From positions 496,001 through 560,000 of the forward strand of contig JABVCE010000012.1 of the NCBI GenBank assembly GCA_014905635.1: a DNA stretch of 64,000 nucleotides, given 5' to 3'. The notes below the pieces were generated by a model. It did not search any database. It was not told the origin of the DNA and worked only from the letters and a program-made list of their open reading frames with translations. Position numbers and translations under genes: made by a program. The DNA is from Scenedesmus sp. PABB004. Taxonomy: Eukaryota. Of this stretch, positions 38,234-50,193 are shown piece by piece (position 1 is the stretch's first letter; the number at the start of each line of letters is the position of its first letter).

Positions 38234-41020
38234 TCACGCGCTGCCGCGCGCCGGCACGCTCGCGTTGCCGGCGGCCGCGGCACCCGCGTTGCCAGCCGCG
38301 GCGGTCGCGTTGCCAAGGTCGGCGGCGCCGACGTTGGCGGCGTTGGCGGCTGCGCCGCCCGCGTTCGCCGCCGCGGCGGTCGCGTTGCCCGCGGCCGCGG
38401 CGGCGCCGCCGGGCGCGGCGGCCGCGAGCATCGCCAGTGCGCTGGCGTCGGCGCTGCACACCGTGTGCACGACCGCGACGCCCGCGGCGGCGCCGCCGGG
38501 CCCCGCGGTGCGGATGCTCACGCTCACCGGCGCCGGGCTGGGCGCGGGCGAGGGGCTGGGGCTCGGGCCGGCCGACCCGCCCGCGGGCGCCGGGCTGGGC
38601 GAGGGGCTGGGCAGTGGGCTGGCCGAGGGGCCGGGCGCCGGGCTGGGCGAGGGGCCGGGGCTCGGGCTCGGGCTGGGCGAGGGGCCGCCGGCGTCGGCCG
38701 CAAAGTCTTGCGCGGGCGTGGACGGCACAAACACGGGGTTGAAGATGGAGCTGCGGCGCGCGCAGCGGGCAGGTGAGCGGCGCGCCGTGGTCCGTGCGCG
38801 CGCGGGCGTGGTCCGCGCCGCTCTGCCCAGCGCCGCGCCGCCCCGCGCGCCGCTTGCGCACGCGCCTGCCGACGCCGCCGGTGAAGAGCGAGGTCTGCGG
38901 CGCGCCGCCGCCCTGGCTCGTGGTCGTCTGCGTCGTCCCACCGACGGTGCCGCTGCCGCTCGCAAAGCTTCCAGGGCCCGAGGTGGAGGAGCCGGTCGTG
39001 ATGCTGCCCGGCGGCGACGCGACGGGCGTCGTCACGGGGCTCTGCAGCAGGCGGCGCCCGCCCGCCGGCGCCGGCGCCGGCACCGGCGTCGCCGCGCCGG
39101 GCGGGGCCCCCGCCGGCGCGGCGCCCGTCGGCGTCGCGCCGGCCGCGCTCGTGCCGAGCGCCGGCTCGCCGGCGGCGATGCCCGCGGCGCCTCCGGGCGG
39201 CGCGCTGCTGGCGCCGGGCAGCTGCTCGACGGCGGGCCCGGGCGGCTGCTCCGTGGCATTGGGCGCGGCGGCAGCGCCGGCGGCGGTCGTGTTGGGCGCG
39301 AGAGCCTTGGTCGCGTTTGAGGCCTCCCAGCTGATCTCCTGCCGGCTGCTGGGGCTGCTGCCTGCATGGCGAGGCGCGGCGGCGAGCGCGGGCGGTGGGC
39401 GCGGGGCACGGGGCGGCCGGCGCGCCGGGAGCGCCGGTGGCGCCGTGGCGCGGCGCGGCGCGCTTGCCGGGCGCACCCTGGCAGGAGAGCGCGCCGTCGA
39501 CGATGACGCCGCACGTCCAGCGCGGCGCGCCCGCCGCCTCGAGCAGCGCTGCCGGCGCGCGCGCGCCGACGGCCTCGCACTTGCCGCCGAGCAGTGACCC
39601 GGGGAGCGGCGCGAAGCCAAAGCCGGCGGCGCCAAAGATGGAGGGCGCGGGGAACAGCAGCGGCGTCTGCGGCGGGCGGGCGGGAGTGGGCGGCCCCTCC
39701 CGGTCAGCGCACGCGCGCGCGCGCGCCCGCTGCCAGCTAGCAGTGGCCGAGGCAGCCGACAGGCCCCGCGAGCTGCGCCGCGCCGCGCCTGGCCGGTGAC
39801 GTCGCAGGTGCCGCCGGTGTGCTGCACCTTGGAGAGCCCGCCGGCGGTGCCGGTGATGGTGCTGCCTGCGGCGGCGGCGCACAAGCGCGCTCGCCGCCCG
39901 CGCGGCGCGCCGCGAGCCGCACCGCACGGCGGGGGCGCGGCGGCGCGCGCGCGGCGCGCACAGAGCCGCACCCGCGGGGACGTCGGCGACGAGGGTGGTG
40001 ATGCCGGACAGGCCGACGCTGAGCGCCACGGGCGTGGCGCTGGAGAAGGCGATGCTGCCGGTTGCGACGCTGGTGGTGATGTCGGCGCGCTGGAACGCGC
40101 CCGTGAGCACGCTGCCCAGCACGCTGCGGGGCCGCGGGGCGGCGCGCCGCGTCGACGCCGCGCGCGCCGACCGCGCGCGCCGGGCGGGGGCGGTGATCGC
40201 GAGCGGCGGCGCGGCGGCGGCGGCGCCGGCGGCGGCGGCGCACCCGTTAGCGGTGAACGCGAGCGTCGCCGCGGTGAGGTTCAGGGCCTGGATCTGGCCC
40301 ACAGTCGGCGCGACGAGGCGCACGAAGGAGGTGTTGTGCCCTGCGCTGCGGCGCGGGGCGGCGTGAGGGCTCCGCGCGCGCCGTGCGCACAGCAGCGCGG
40401 GCGCGGCCGCGCGCCGAACCCGGGCCGATCACGAGCAGGCCGGAGCCGTAGTTGGCCGCGTAGCGCAGCTGCGCGCCTGCGGCCCGCCGCGCGGGCGGCG
40501 CGGGTCGCGCGGTCGGCGGGCGCAGCGCGGCGCGCGGGCGCGGCGCGCAGCAGCGGCGGCGCGCAGCAGCGGCACGCGCGCCTGCGGGCATGACTGCGAT
40601 GATCTTGATGGGCGCGCGCGACTCAAAGCCGCCGGCGAGGGAGAGCGTGAGCGTGCCGTCCTCGACCGCCGCGCGCGTCGAGTTGAGCGCCGCGGCGTCC
40701 CCCTCAAAGATGAGGCGCCCGCCGCCGCCGCCCGGCTGCTGCTGCGCGTCGGCGGCGCCGGCCCCGCCCTCGGCGGCGGCGGCGAGGAGCACGTTGAACG
40801 GCAGGCAGCTGCGCAGGCCGGTGAAGGCGGGGATGGCCTGGTCCGCGCGCACGAGCGGCGCGGGCGGCGCCGGCGGCGCGCCCGGCGCCGGCGCCGCGCC
40901 GGCGCCGGGCGGCCCGCCGGGCGCCGGCGCCTGCGCGTCGGCGGCGCGCGGCAGCGCGAGCGCGAGCGCGGCGAGCGCCGCCGCCAGCGCGAGCGCGCGC
41001 GGCGCGGCGCGGCGCGGCAT
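38234..41020 (-). CDS. Secreted protein with GIN/DUF2807-like (autotransporter adhesin head) domain and Ser-Pro/Ala-rich tail
   Basis: Signal peptide [40 protein letters not shown]...LIFEGD...AVEDGTLTLSL...NYGSGLLVI...GTAGGLSKVQHTGG; SPSPSPSPGPSPSP repeats; TGTAA at 38151-38155 (-). Confidence 0.62.
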
Positions 41021-41261
41021 CGCGGCGCGGGGGCTGGTGGTGTCGGGCGGTTCAGGAGGCCTGGAGGGGCCCGGGGGGGGGTTGTGGTGCGCGTGCGCGC
41101 GCGGCGGCGCGCGAGTGCGGGCGCCGGTCGTCGCTCGCGTCACAAGCCCGCGGCTCAGCGCTGCGGCGGCCGCGCGCAGCACCCGCGATCATCGCCGCGG
41201 CGCACAGCCTCGCACCCCACACACGCCCGGCGCACACCGCGGCCGAGCGCGCCGGCCGCCG

Positions 41262-42249
41262 ATGCGCCGCGCCGCGCCGCCGGCGGCCCTGGCGGCCGCG
41301 CTGGCCGGCGCGCTGCGTGGACCCTGGCCACACCAACTGCTGGCGGGCGCGGAGCGGACGGCGCCGCCCGCGGCGGCGCGGGCAGCAGCGGGCGTGCGCG
41401 GCGCTGGCGGCGCGGCGGCGCACGCGCCGCCCGCTGGACTCGGCCACCTGGACGACGACGGCGCGCTGACCTTCTTCGACGAGCCGCTGGAGAAGGACCG
41501 GCCCGCGCCGGGCCTGGGCGCAGCGCCAGCAGCGCCGGCGGCGCCGCCGCCGTTGCCGGCGCCGCCGCGCGCGGCCGGCGCGGCGGACGAGCTCTGGGGC
41601 CTCTCCGCGGGTGTGGCCATCAAGCGCGAGATCGAGCGCGGCAAGAGCAAGGTGCGCGGCGGCCGGCGCGCGGCAGCCCGCCGCAGCGGCGCCTGGCCGG
41701 CGAGCGGCCGCTGCGACACTCTCTCCTCGTGCGCACGACGACCCCCCCCCCCTGCCCCTCCCCGCCGCCACTGCAGGAGCGCCAGGCGCGGCGGCTGCGG
41801 TCGGCGCTGGGCGAGCTGCACGACGCCAACGCGGCCGCGGCGCAGCAGGCGCGGGCGGCGGCCCGCGCCGCGCGGCAGCAGCGGGCGGCCGGCGGTGGCG
41901 GCGGGCACCTGGAGGCAGCGCAGGAGCAGCGGCAGCAGCAGGGGCAGCAGCACGATGAGCAGCAGCTGGGGGGCCCGCCGGACAGCGAGCACGAGCAGCG
42001 CTGGCGCATCGTCGGTGACTTGAGCAGCGCCGTGCTGTCGGACTTCAACGCCGCGCAGGCGGCGCAGCGGCGCCGACTGGCGCGCGTGGCGCGCCGCGTC
42101 GCGTCGCTGCAGCGGGCGTGGCAGGCGGCGCGGCCGCCCGCGGGCGTCGAGCCGGCCGCGCTCCTGGCAGCCTGCGCGGCGGCGCAGGAGTACGCCGCGG
42201 CCTGCCGAGCCTTTGTCGACGAGCAGCGCGACGCGGACGCGGGGCAGCA

Positions 42250-42323
<74 letters not shown>

Positions 42324-42941
42324 CCGCGGCGGCAAGTGAACTGGCGCCGCCGCCGCGGCCGCCGCCGCGCGGCGGCAGGGGCAAGGCCAGGCCGGCGCCC
42401 GCGCCGGCGCCCGCGCCGGCGCAGCGCGCGGCGCAGCGCGCCGCGGAGCTGTCGGCGTGGCGGCACAACCGCGCGGCGGTGCTGCTGAGCATGAAGGTTG
42501 CCGAGCTCACCGCGGTGCTGGAGGCGAGCGGCCGCGCCCTGCCGCCGCCGCCGCCGCCGCCGAGCGCCAAGGCTGGCGCCAAGGGCCGCAAGGTCGCCGC
42601 GGCGGGCAGGGGCGTGGCGGCGGCGGACGCGGCGCCCGGGCGGGCGGGCGAGCGCAAGACGCGGAAGCAGCAGCTGGTCGAGGTGTGGGGCGCTGCCGCC
42701 GGCCGGGGCGCGCAGCTGGCCGGGACCTGCGCGCGCGCGGCTGCTGCTGCCAGGGCCGCCGCCCGCGGCGCGCGCCCAGCGTTGGGGCCTGCTGACGCGC
42801 GGCGGCCCGCCCCCCGCGCAGGCGATCCTGGCGCACGAGGGCGCCGCGATGCGCAGCCTCATGTCCGTCGCAGCAGCAGAGGCGGACGCGGCGGCGGCGG
42901 ACGCAGCGCAGGCGGACGCGGCTGAGGCGGACGCGGCATAG
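41262..42941 (+). CDS. Hypothetical poly-Q protein with a C-terminal Rho_N/HeH-like motif (3 exons)
   Basis: ATG 41262, introns ~41652-41777 and ~42683-42821; LLSMKVAELTAVLEASG...KTRKQQLVE|AILAHE; stop TAG at 42939-42941. Confidence 0.55.
42245..42322 (+). repeat. (CAG)n microsatellite encoding about 26 Gln
   Basis: Directly visible. Confidence 0.95.
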
Positions 42942-43069
42942 CTGAGCTGGGCGCAGCCGGCGGCCGGGCCGGCGCGCGAGGATGCAACATTGACTGCGTT
43001 AACGCTGTCGCGTGCCACGAGGTCGCATCAACGCCGCTGGTTGCCCCGCGCGCGGGGCAACCTGCGTCG

Positions 43070-43815
43070 CGCGACGCAGGCTGCGCCCGGATCCACGCGA
43101 CCACCGCCGCGTGGCCGTTTTCCGCCGCCCAATACTCGCACTGACCGCGCCGCCACGGGCAGCCGTGTGCGCGCAGCCAGCGCAGCGCCTCCAGCTGCCC
43201 CACATTAGCGGCTATTCTCCAGCGCGGCGAGTGCTCCCCAGATCACACCATAGCAACAATACAAGCTGGGCCATGATGCAGCCGGCGCCGTGCAGCCAGG
43301 CCAGCCCCGCCACGTCGCGGCACGCCGCGCGCGCCCTGGCCAGCTGGTCCTGCCGCTCCCCATCACCCTGCACCGCCCGCCGCGCCTCCTGCACCGCCGC
43401 CAGCGGCAGCTCGGGGCAGCACAGCGAGACGACCGTGGCGCCCCGGAAGCGCTCGCGTGCTGCCTTGCAGACCAGCTTGGCGGCCCACGCCTGCAGGGCC
43501 GGCGGCAGCAAGCTCAGGGCGTGGAGCACGAGCGGCTCGGGCAGGTCCCGCCAGACGCTACTGGCGCGGCAGAGCGCAGCGGGCGGGGCGGGCAGGCGAG
43601 CGCGGTGAGGCGGCGCCTGCTGCGGGCGGTGGTGGCTTGTGGCAGCGCGTGCCGCGCCAGGCAGCACCAGCCAGGGGACACCGGCAGCAGCAGCAGCGGA
43701 CGCACCTCGGCGCCACCTCCGCCCCAGCCGGCGCATCGCCTCCCACCGCCGCTGCTGCCGCAAGCGCGCTCGTGGTCGGCCCGGCGCGCCGCTTGCCCGC
43801 CGGCGCAGCAGACAT
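43070..43815 (-). pseudogene. F-box-like/ankyrin protein, copy E; internally deleted, premature stop
   Basis: F-box-like motif and first repeat present; the middle repeats are replaced by ~70 bp of unrelated sequence (43203-43275) with a stop at 43212; C-terminal [16 protein letters not shown] remnant follows. Confidence 0.75.
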
Positions 43816-44834
43816 GGTGGCGCCTGACAGCCTGCGGGCCAGCAGGGAGCAGGGGGCGGGGCACCGGCAGCAGCGGGCAAGCGCGCGGGCGGCGTGAGCG
43901 CGGCAGCAGCAGCGCGCGGCGCCCCTGCAGGGGCAGCTGCCCCACGGCGCGGCGGCGCGGCGGTGGGCCTGCCAGCGTCACCCGGGACGCGCAGGCCCGG
44001 CGGAACACGCGACACGCCCGCCCGCGCACCGCCGGAGCCCCCGCCGCCCGCAGCGGGCGCCGCGCAGCGCGGCCCGCCCGCCCGCTGCTGCCCTCCCCGC
44101 CTGCCCGCGCGCGCGGCTCGCCTGGCGCTGCGCTGGGAGGCACGATCCAGTCACCGGGCGCCCGCAGGTCCGCGCCCAGCCTGGCCAGGGCCGCGCCGCG
44201 GGCGGCGGCGGGCGCTGCAATTTGAACGGCGGCGGCGCGGCGCGGTGCGTGCGGGAGCTGTGTGGGGAGCGGCCGGCGCTTGCACGTGTGTGGCAGGGAC
44301 GGCTGAGGGCGGCGGCTGTGGGCGGCGGGGCGGCGCGCGGGAGGCCTCCTCGGCGGCGGCGCGGGCAGCCGGCCGGGCGGCGCCCGCGCCCTGGGCCCTG
44401 CACCGCCGCCCGCGTGGCGCGGCTGCCCGGCGCGGGCCGGCGCCGCCGCCAGGTTGGCCAGTTGCCGAGCGCACCCCTCGCTACCGCCACCAACTCGCCG
44501 TCAGCTCGCCGCCGACTGCTACTCGCCGGCCGCCGCCACAGCAGCTCACACGCGCGCGCAGCCCCTGCTACTCTTCAAGCCCACACGCCTGCACAGGCAG
44601 CCTCAGTTTGATGCTGATCTAGTCAAATCCGGCCCCGGCGGGCCGCGCAATTGGGTTGGGACACTATCCACCTCCACGCCCAGATGGTGACACACACGCA
44701 CACGATGGCCAGTGCCGCGGTCTGACTCCTGCTGCTCGCACCCAGCTCCTGCCTGCCTGCCGGCCTGCCGACCTGCTTGCCCGTCGCTGCCCTGCCGCTG
44801 CCGCGGCGCACGCCGCACAGCCCGCCACGGCCGG

Positions 44835-46113
44835 TCAGCACTTGAAGTCGCGCGGGAGTGTCTGTGGCGTGAAGAACTCGGCCGCCAGCTCGTCGCGGGT
44901 CACGAAGCGCACGAGCGCCGCGTACTTGCGGAGCAGCGGCTTGAACGCCTCCCACGGCCCCTTGAAGATCCACGGCGCGTCCACAAACAGCACCGCGCCC
45001 ACCCTGCGCGGCGGCGGGCCGGCGCGCGGACGCGGGCCGGCGGCGGGGCGGGGGCCGGGTCGGCGCGCGCCGGCGCGCACGCGCCGAGGCGGCGGCGGAC
45101 ACGCGGCGGCGCCGGCGGCGGCCGCGGCGTCAGCAAAGACGCACCGGCGGGGGAAGTAGAGCGGCACGGTGTCGAGCACAAAGGCCACAAACGCGAGGTC
45201 CAGGTTGGCCAGGCTGATGCCCGAGAGGTCGACGACCCACAGCAGCTGCTCCGCGCCGCCGCCGCCGCCGGGCGGCAGCCGCGCCAGCGCGCTGTCGAGC
45301 ATGTACGTGCACAGCCGCTTGCTGTCGTCGAGCGGGAACGCGCCTGCCGGGCGCGTGGGGCGGGGAGGGCGCGCGGTCGGCGGCGGCGGCGGCGGCAGCG
45401 GTGGCAGCACGCGGCTGCTGCGCGGCTGCTGCGCGGCTGCTGCGCGGCTGCTGCGCGGCTGCTGCGCAGCGTGCGCGCTGCAGCGCGGCGCCGCGGGCGG
45501 GCGCGGCGCGGTCGCGCGCGCACCGATGGTGTGCCGCGCCGCCCGCACGACCACGACTGGCCGGCCGGCCGCGTCGGGCGCGTCGTGCAGGTAGGCCTTG
45601 CCGCTGGCCGCCTCGGCCGCCACGTCGCCGTGCGACAGGTCGGCCAGGCCATGCGCCGCGCGCCAGGCCAGCATCGCGCGCACCGCGCGCGCCGCCGGCG
45701 CGGGCTGCAGCGCGCTGTCGCGCAGCCACCACTTCAGGCTCTCCTCGTCGGGGCAGCCGTGCGGGTCGCCCGCCAGCTCGTCCTGCAGCGCGCGCAGCGC
45801 CTGGCGGGGCGGCGCGGGGGCCGGCGTCGGCGCGCGTGCGCGCCGGGCCCAAGCCCGCCGCCCGCGCCGCCGCCGCCGCCCGCGCCGCCGCCGCCGCCGG
45901 CGCCGCCGCGGCGCGCACCTCCTGCTCGGACGGCTGCTCAAAGGCGCAGGGCGGCGGCGGCGCAAAGTCCGAGTGCAGCGGCGGCGCCGCGGCCGCGGCC
46001 GGCGCGGCGGCGCGCGGGCTGCCGGCGCTGCCGCTGCGGCTCAGGCGCGCGCGCAGTCCCGCCCACGGCCCGGCAGCCGGCTCGCGCGGCGGGGGCGGCG
46101 CGAGCGCGGCCAT
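44835..46113 (-). CDS. CRAL-TRIO (Sec14-like) lipid-binding protein, paralog 1
   Basis: CPDEESLKWWLRD, GKAYLHDAPDAAGRPVVVVRAARH, VVDLSGISLANLD, YFPRR, VLFVDAPWIFKGPW...KYAALVRFV. Confidence 0.88.
45410..45465. repeat. Intronic 11-bp tandem repeat (GCGGCTGCTGC) x5
   Basis: Directly visible in the CRAL-TRIO paralog 1 intron. Confidence 0.85.
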
Positions 46114-46492
46114 CTCGCCAGGACGGTTGGCGAGCGCGCCTGCCGAGAGTGGTTGCTTCGCGAAAAGGAGGCCTCTCGACCGGCCGGCGAGCTTTTGTGT
46201 GCGCGGAGATTGCGAGGAGACTGAAGCGGCGGGCGGGGCGGTGCGGAGGAGGCGCAGCGCGCACATCGGCGCGAGCATGCCGCGCGACTGCTCGGTGCCC
46301 GCCGCGTTTCCTGTGCTCAAGACGCCGCGGCGCCGTGGCTGTGCGCGTCAGATGTAATGATCAAGATCACGAGGCCGAGCGCCGGCGGGCGCCTGCACTC
46401 ACGCGAGATGCTGGCCGCCGCCGCCGCCGCGCGACCGACGGCACTGCGCCCGTGCGTGTCCCAGCACGGCTCGGCGCCCGCGCGCGGCCGCT

Positions 46493-47921
46493 TCAGGCGG
46501 CAAAGTCGCGCGGCAGGGTCTCGGGCGTGAAGAACTCGGCCGCCAGCTCGTCGCGGGTCACGAAGCGCACGAGCGCCGCGTACTTGCGCAGCAGCGGCTT
46601 GATGAGCTCCCACGGCCCCTTGAAGATCCACGGCGCGTCGACCAGCAGCACCTGGCCCATCCTGCGCGCCGCGGCGGCGCGCGCCGCACGGGACGGCCGG
46701 CGGCCGTCGGCGCCCGCCCCGCCCGCCGCGCGCCCCTCGTGCGACCCCCGCGCCGCGCTCGCCGCCCGGCGCCGCGCCTCTCTCCCTGTCCCTCTCTGCC
46801 TCCCTGCCTCGCCCCTCTCCCTGTCCCTCCCTGCCCTCCCCGGCTGCCGTGCCGGCTCACCGGCGGGGGTAGTACACGAAGAAGGCATCGACCATGAACG
46901 CGACAAAGGGGAGGTCGATGTTGGACAGGCTGATGCCGCGCAGGTCGATCACGCCCAGCAGCTGCTCCCCGCCCGGCGGCAGCCGCGCCAGCGCGGCGTC
47001 GAGCGTGTACGTGCACAGGCGCTTGCTGTCGTCGAGCGGGAACGCGCCTGCCACAGGGCGCGCGGGGCGGGGAGGGCGCGCACAGGGCTCGGGGGCGGGC
47101 GCCGCGGTTGGCGGCGGCGGCGGCGGCGGCGGGGTTGAAGGGTTCAGGGGCGCACCGATGGTGTGCTGCTTCGCGCGGATGAGCAGCACGGGGCGGCCAT
47201 AGACGTCCAGCGAGTCGTGCACGACCGACTTGCCCGTCGCCGCCTCAGCCGCGACGTCCTCCGCAGAGATGTGCCCCGCCCTGCGGCGGCGCGGCGCGGT
47301 GGCGGGCGCGGCGTCGGCGGCGGCGCTGGCGCAACGGCGCGGACGCGGCGGGCTCCGCGTCGGCGGTGCGCCCGGCCCGGCCGCACGGGGGGCGCGCGCC
47401 TGAACGCGGTGCGCCAGGCCAGCGTGGCGCGGAGCTTCTGCTCCGCCTCTGCCACGTCAAAGTAGCTGCGGGCGAGGCGGCGGCAGCGGGCTGTGCGCAG
47501 CCGCCCGCAGCGGCGCGGCACGTCCTGCCGGCCAGCCGGCGCGGGGCGCACCGGTCGCGCAGGTACCAGCGCAGCGTGTCGGCGTCGGGGCACTCCGCGC
47601 CGCCCGCCGACATGCGCGCCGTGAGCTGCTCCAGCGCCTGCGCGGGCGGCGGCGGGCGGCGTGGCAGCCCAGCCGGCCCGGCCAGCGGCCCGCGCGGCAG
47701 CAGCACCGGCCGCTGCACGCACGGTGCCGCCGCGGCGCGCCGCGCACCTGCTGCTGCTCTGGCGTGCCGCTCCAGGGCATAGGGGCCAGGCCCGGTGCCT
47801 CCGCGGCCACCGCCCCCGCGCGGCGGGCCCACATGCGGGCGCTGGCGGGCTGGGCGCTGGCTGCTGCTCGGGGCGCGCGGCAGGCGCGCAGCACGGGGCC
47901 CGACGCCGTCCGGGCCAACAT
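46493..47921 (-). CDS. CRAL-TRIO (Sec14-like) protein, paralog 2, possible plastid transit peptide
   Basis: MLARTASGPVLRACRAPR..., CPDADTLRWYLRDR, DVYGRPVLLIRAKQH, VIDLRGISLSNID, YYPRRMGQVLLVDAPWIF. Confidence 0.88.
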
Positions 47922-48743
47922 GCTCTCCTCCAAGGACCACACCGGAGAGCTGCGGCGCCTGAATTGTCCGCAATGCGTGGGCTGGCGGAGCGCTGGGCGA
48001 TCGGGTGACCTCCTGGCGCGCACCGCTTCCGCAGGGCCCTCCGCGACCGAGCAGCAGTTGCAGCGCGGCTCTAGGGACGTGTCTGTGCCGGCAGCGAAGG
48101 CCGCGCGCAGGCCGCCGCGCCGCGCTGGACCGCCGCCGCGCACGCGCTGGACCGCCGCCGCTGACGCTCCGCGCGCTCCGCTCGCTGTAGTTACAGGCCG
48201 CACGCAGGCGGCAGTGAGGGAAGCGTGCAGGGCGCCGCCCCGACTGAGAGCCCCCAGGCCTCGACCCCCGCCCCCGCCCCGAGAGTCCGCCGCCCCCGCT
48301 CCCGCCGTCGACACCGAGTGCACACCCTGCGGTCAGCCCACGCAGCAGCGCCACTAACGCACACCTCCCCGCCGTCCACGCGCGGCGCGTGCCGACGTTT
48401 CATTGCAGACCTGTGGGCGCGCCGCCGGCTCAGCAGAGCCCGCTGCGTGCGCGCGTGCAGGCGCAGCAATGGCGCGGCCAAAGCCAAGGAAAAAGGGCGC
48501 TGCGGGGGGGCCAGTGGCGCACACACTCGCTCACACACACACAAACTCGCACAGTGACCGGCGGCGGCGCGGTGTGCGGCGCCGCGCGCCGCCCACGGCG
48601 ACGCCATGCGTTTCAGCGGCCGCCGCGCCGCGCAGGAATGTCAAGCTGTGCCCGGCCGGCGGCGCGGCGTGGCGCGCCGCCGCCACCGGGGCGCGCAGCC
48701 CGCGCGGGCCGCGCGCTTCCGAGCCTCAGGGCCGCGCCAGCTC

Positions 48744-49052
48744 TCAGGCGGTCGCCTGCACCGTCACGCCCTTCTGCGCGGCGGCGGCGCGGCGCGGCGC
48801 GGGCGGGTGCGCGGAGCAGACGGTGGGCGCGCGCGCGCCGGGCCCCGCGCGCGCGCCGGCGCTGGCCGGCCGCGCAGGGCGAGCAGCGCGCCCAGGCGCC
48901 ACGCCGGGCCGCACCACGGCGCCCTTGGCCTTCTTGCCGGCCTTCTTAGCTGCCTTGACGGTCTGGTCCACTGCGGCCGCGACGTCCTCCTCGTCAGGCA
49001 CAATGGGGAAGCTCTTCACGCGCTTCAGGCCGCGCCCGCTCACTCTGCGGGC

Positions 49053-49088
<36 letters not shown>

Positions 49089-49756
49089 GCGCTCAGCGTG
49101 CCGGCCAGCGACCCGCGGCGCGCGCGGTGTGCACAGCGCGGCGCGCCCGGCCGCGCACCCGAGCTTCTTGGCCAGCGACTCCCACGTCGCGCTCGCGCTC
49201 GTCACGAGGGTGCTGTAGCCCGCCGCGGCCTTGGCCTGCACCGTCTTGAGCCCCTCGCTCGTCGCGCTCGCGGCGGCCGACGCCTGCGGTGCCCCGGGCG
49301 CGGCGGCGGCGGCGTGGGCGCGCAGCACGGGCGCGGTGCGGGCTGGCCGCTGGCCTCGCGCTGGGCCGCAGCGCGCCGCCGCGGCGCCGCGGCGCGCGGG
49401 CGTCCGGAGGCCGCCGTGAGCTGCCGCCCGGCCTGGCCAGGCCGCGGGCGAGCGCCCCCGGGCTGCGGCGCCGCGCCCGCGCGCGTGGTAGCACTCGCCT
49501 GCGCGGAGAGGGAGGAGTAGCCCGCGCTGGCGAGCTCCGCCGCCTTCTCGCGGTTGTAGACCCTGTAACGAAGCAGAGGCGGCCGTGGGCGGGCGCGGCG
49601 GCGGTGCCGGCGCCCCTGCCGGCCGGGGCGGGCGCCTGAAGGCGACGCAAATCGCGGGCCCCCCGCCCGCGGCCCTCACGTGAACGCGGCGGCCGCGGCC
49701 AGCCCGGACACGACGCCCACGGTGATGGCCGTCTCCTTGGAGACAGCGGGCGCCAT
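48744..49756 (-). CDS. Small hypothetical protein with N-terminal hydrophobic anchor and Ala/Lys-rich amphipathic repeats (multi-exon)
   Basis: MAPAVSKETAITVGVVSGLAAAAAF, YNREKAELASAGYSSLSAQASAT, AAAGYSTLVTSASATWESLAKKLG, VKAAKKAGKKAKG; TGTAA at 48191-48195 (-). Confidence 0.55.
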
Positions 49757-50193
49757 TGCGGTGCGGCGCGGGCGCGGCAGCAACGGGCGCGGTGAGGCGA
49801 CGACGTGCGTTCGGCGGGCGGTCGAGGACTGCGGCGGCAGCGGCGCGGCGGCGAGAGCGTGTGGCGCCGGGGGCTGTGCGTGCGGCGGTGCGGGCACGGC
49901 GGGGAGGCTGAACTAAGGAGTCTCCTCGCAACACCCTAGTGTGCGCGGAGGCGCGTGATCGCGGCTGGGCGCGGCCCGTCGCTCGCCTTGGTCAGCCATG
50001 CGCGCGCGTTGAGAGCGGCGCGCGTGTGGGACACGCTGCGGTGGAACTGGCTGCGCGATGCCCCAACCTGGCGCGCCGGCCTGGAGGAGGCCGCGTCGCC
50101 GGCGCCGCGCGGCGCGTTGCTCGCGGGGCGAGCGCGGTGAGGCTCCGGAACAGCCGCGACGCTCGCTCGCCGCCGGCTTCCACACCGCCGCCG

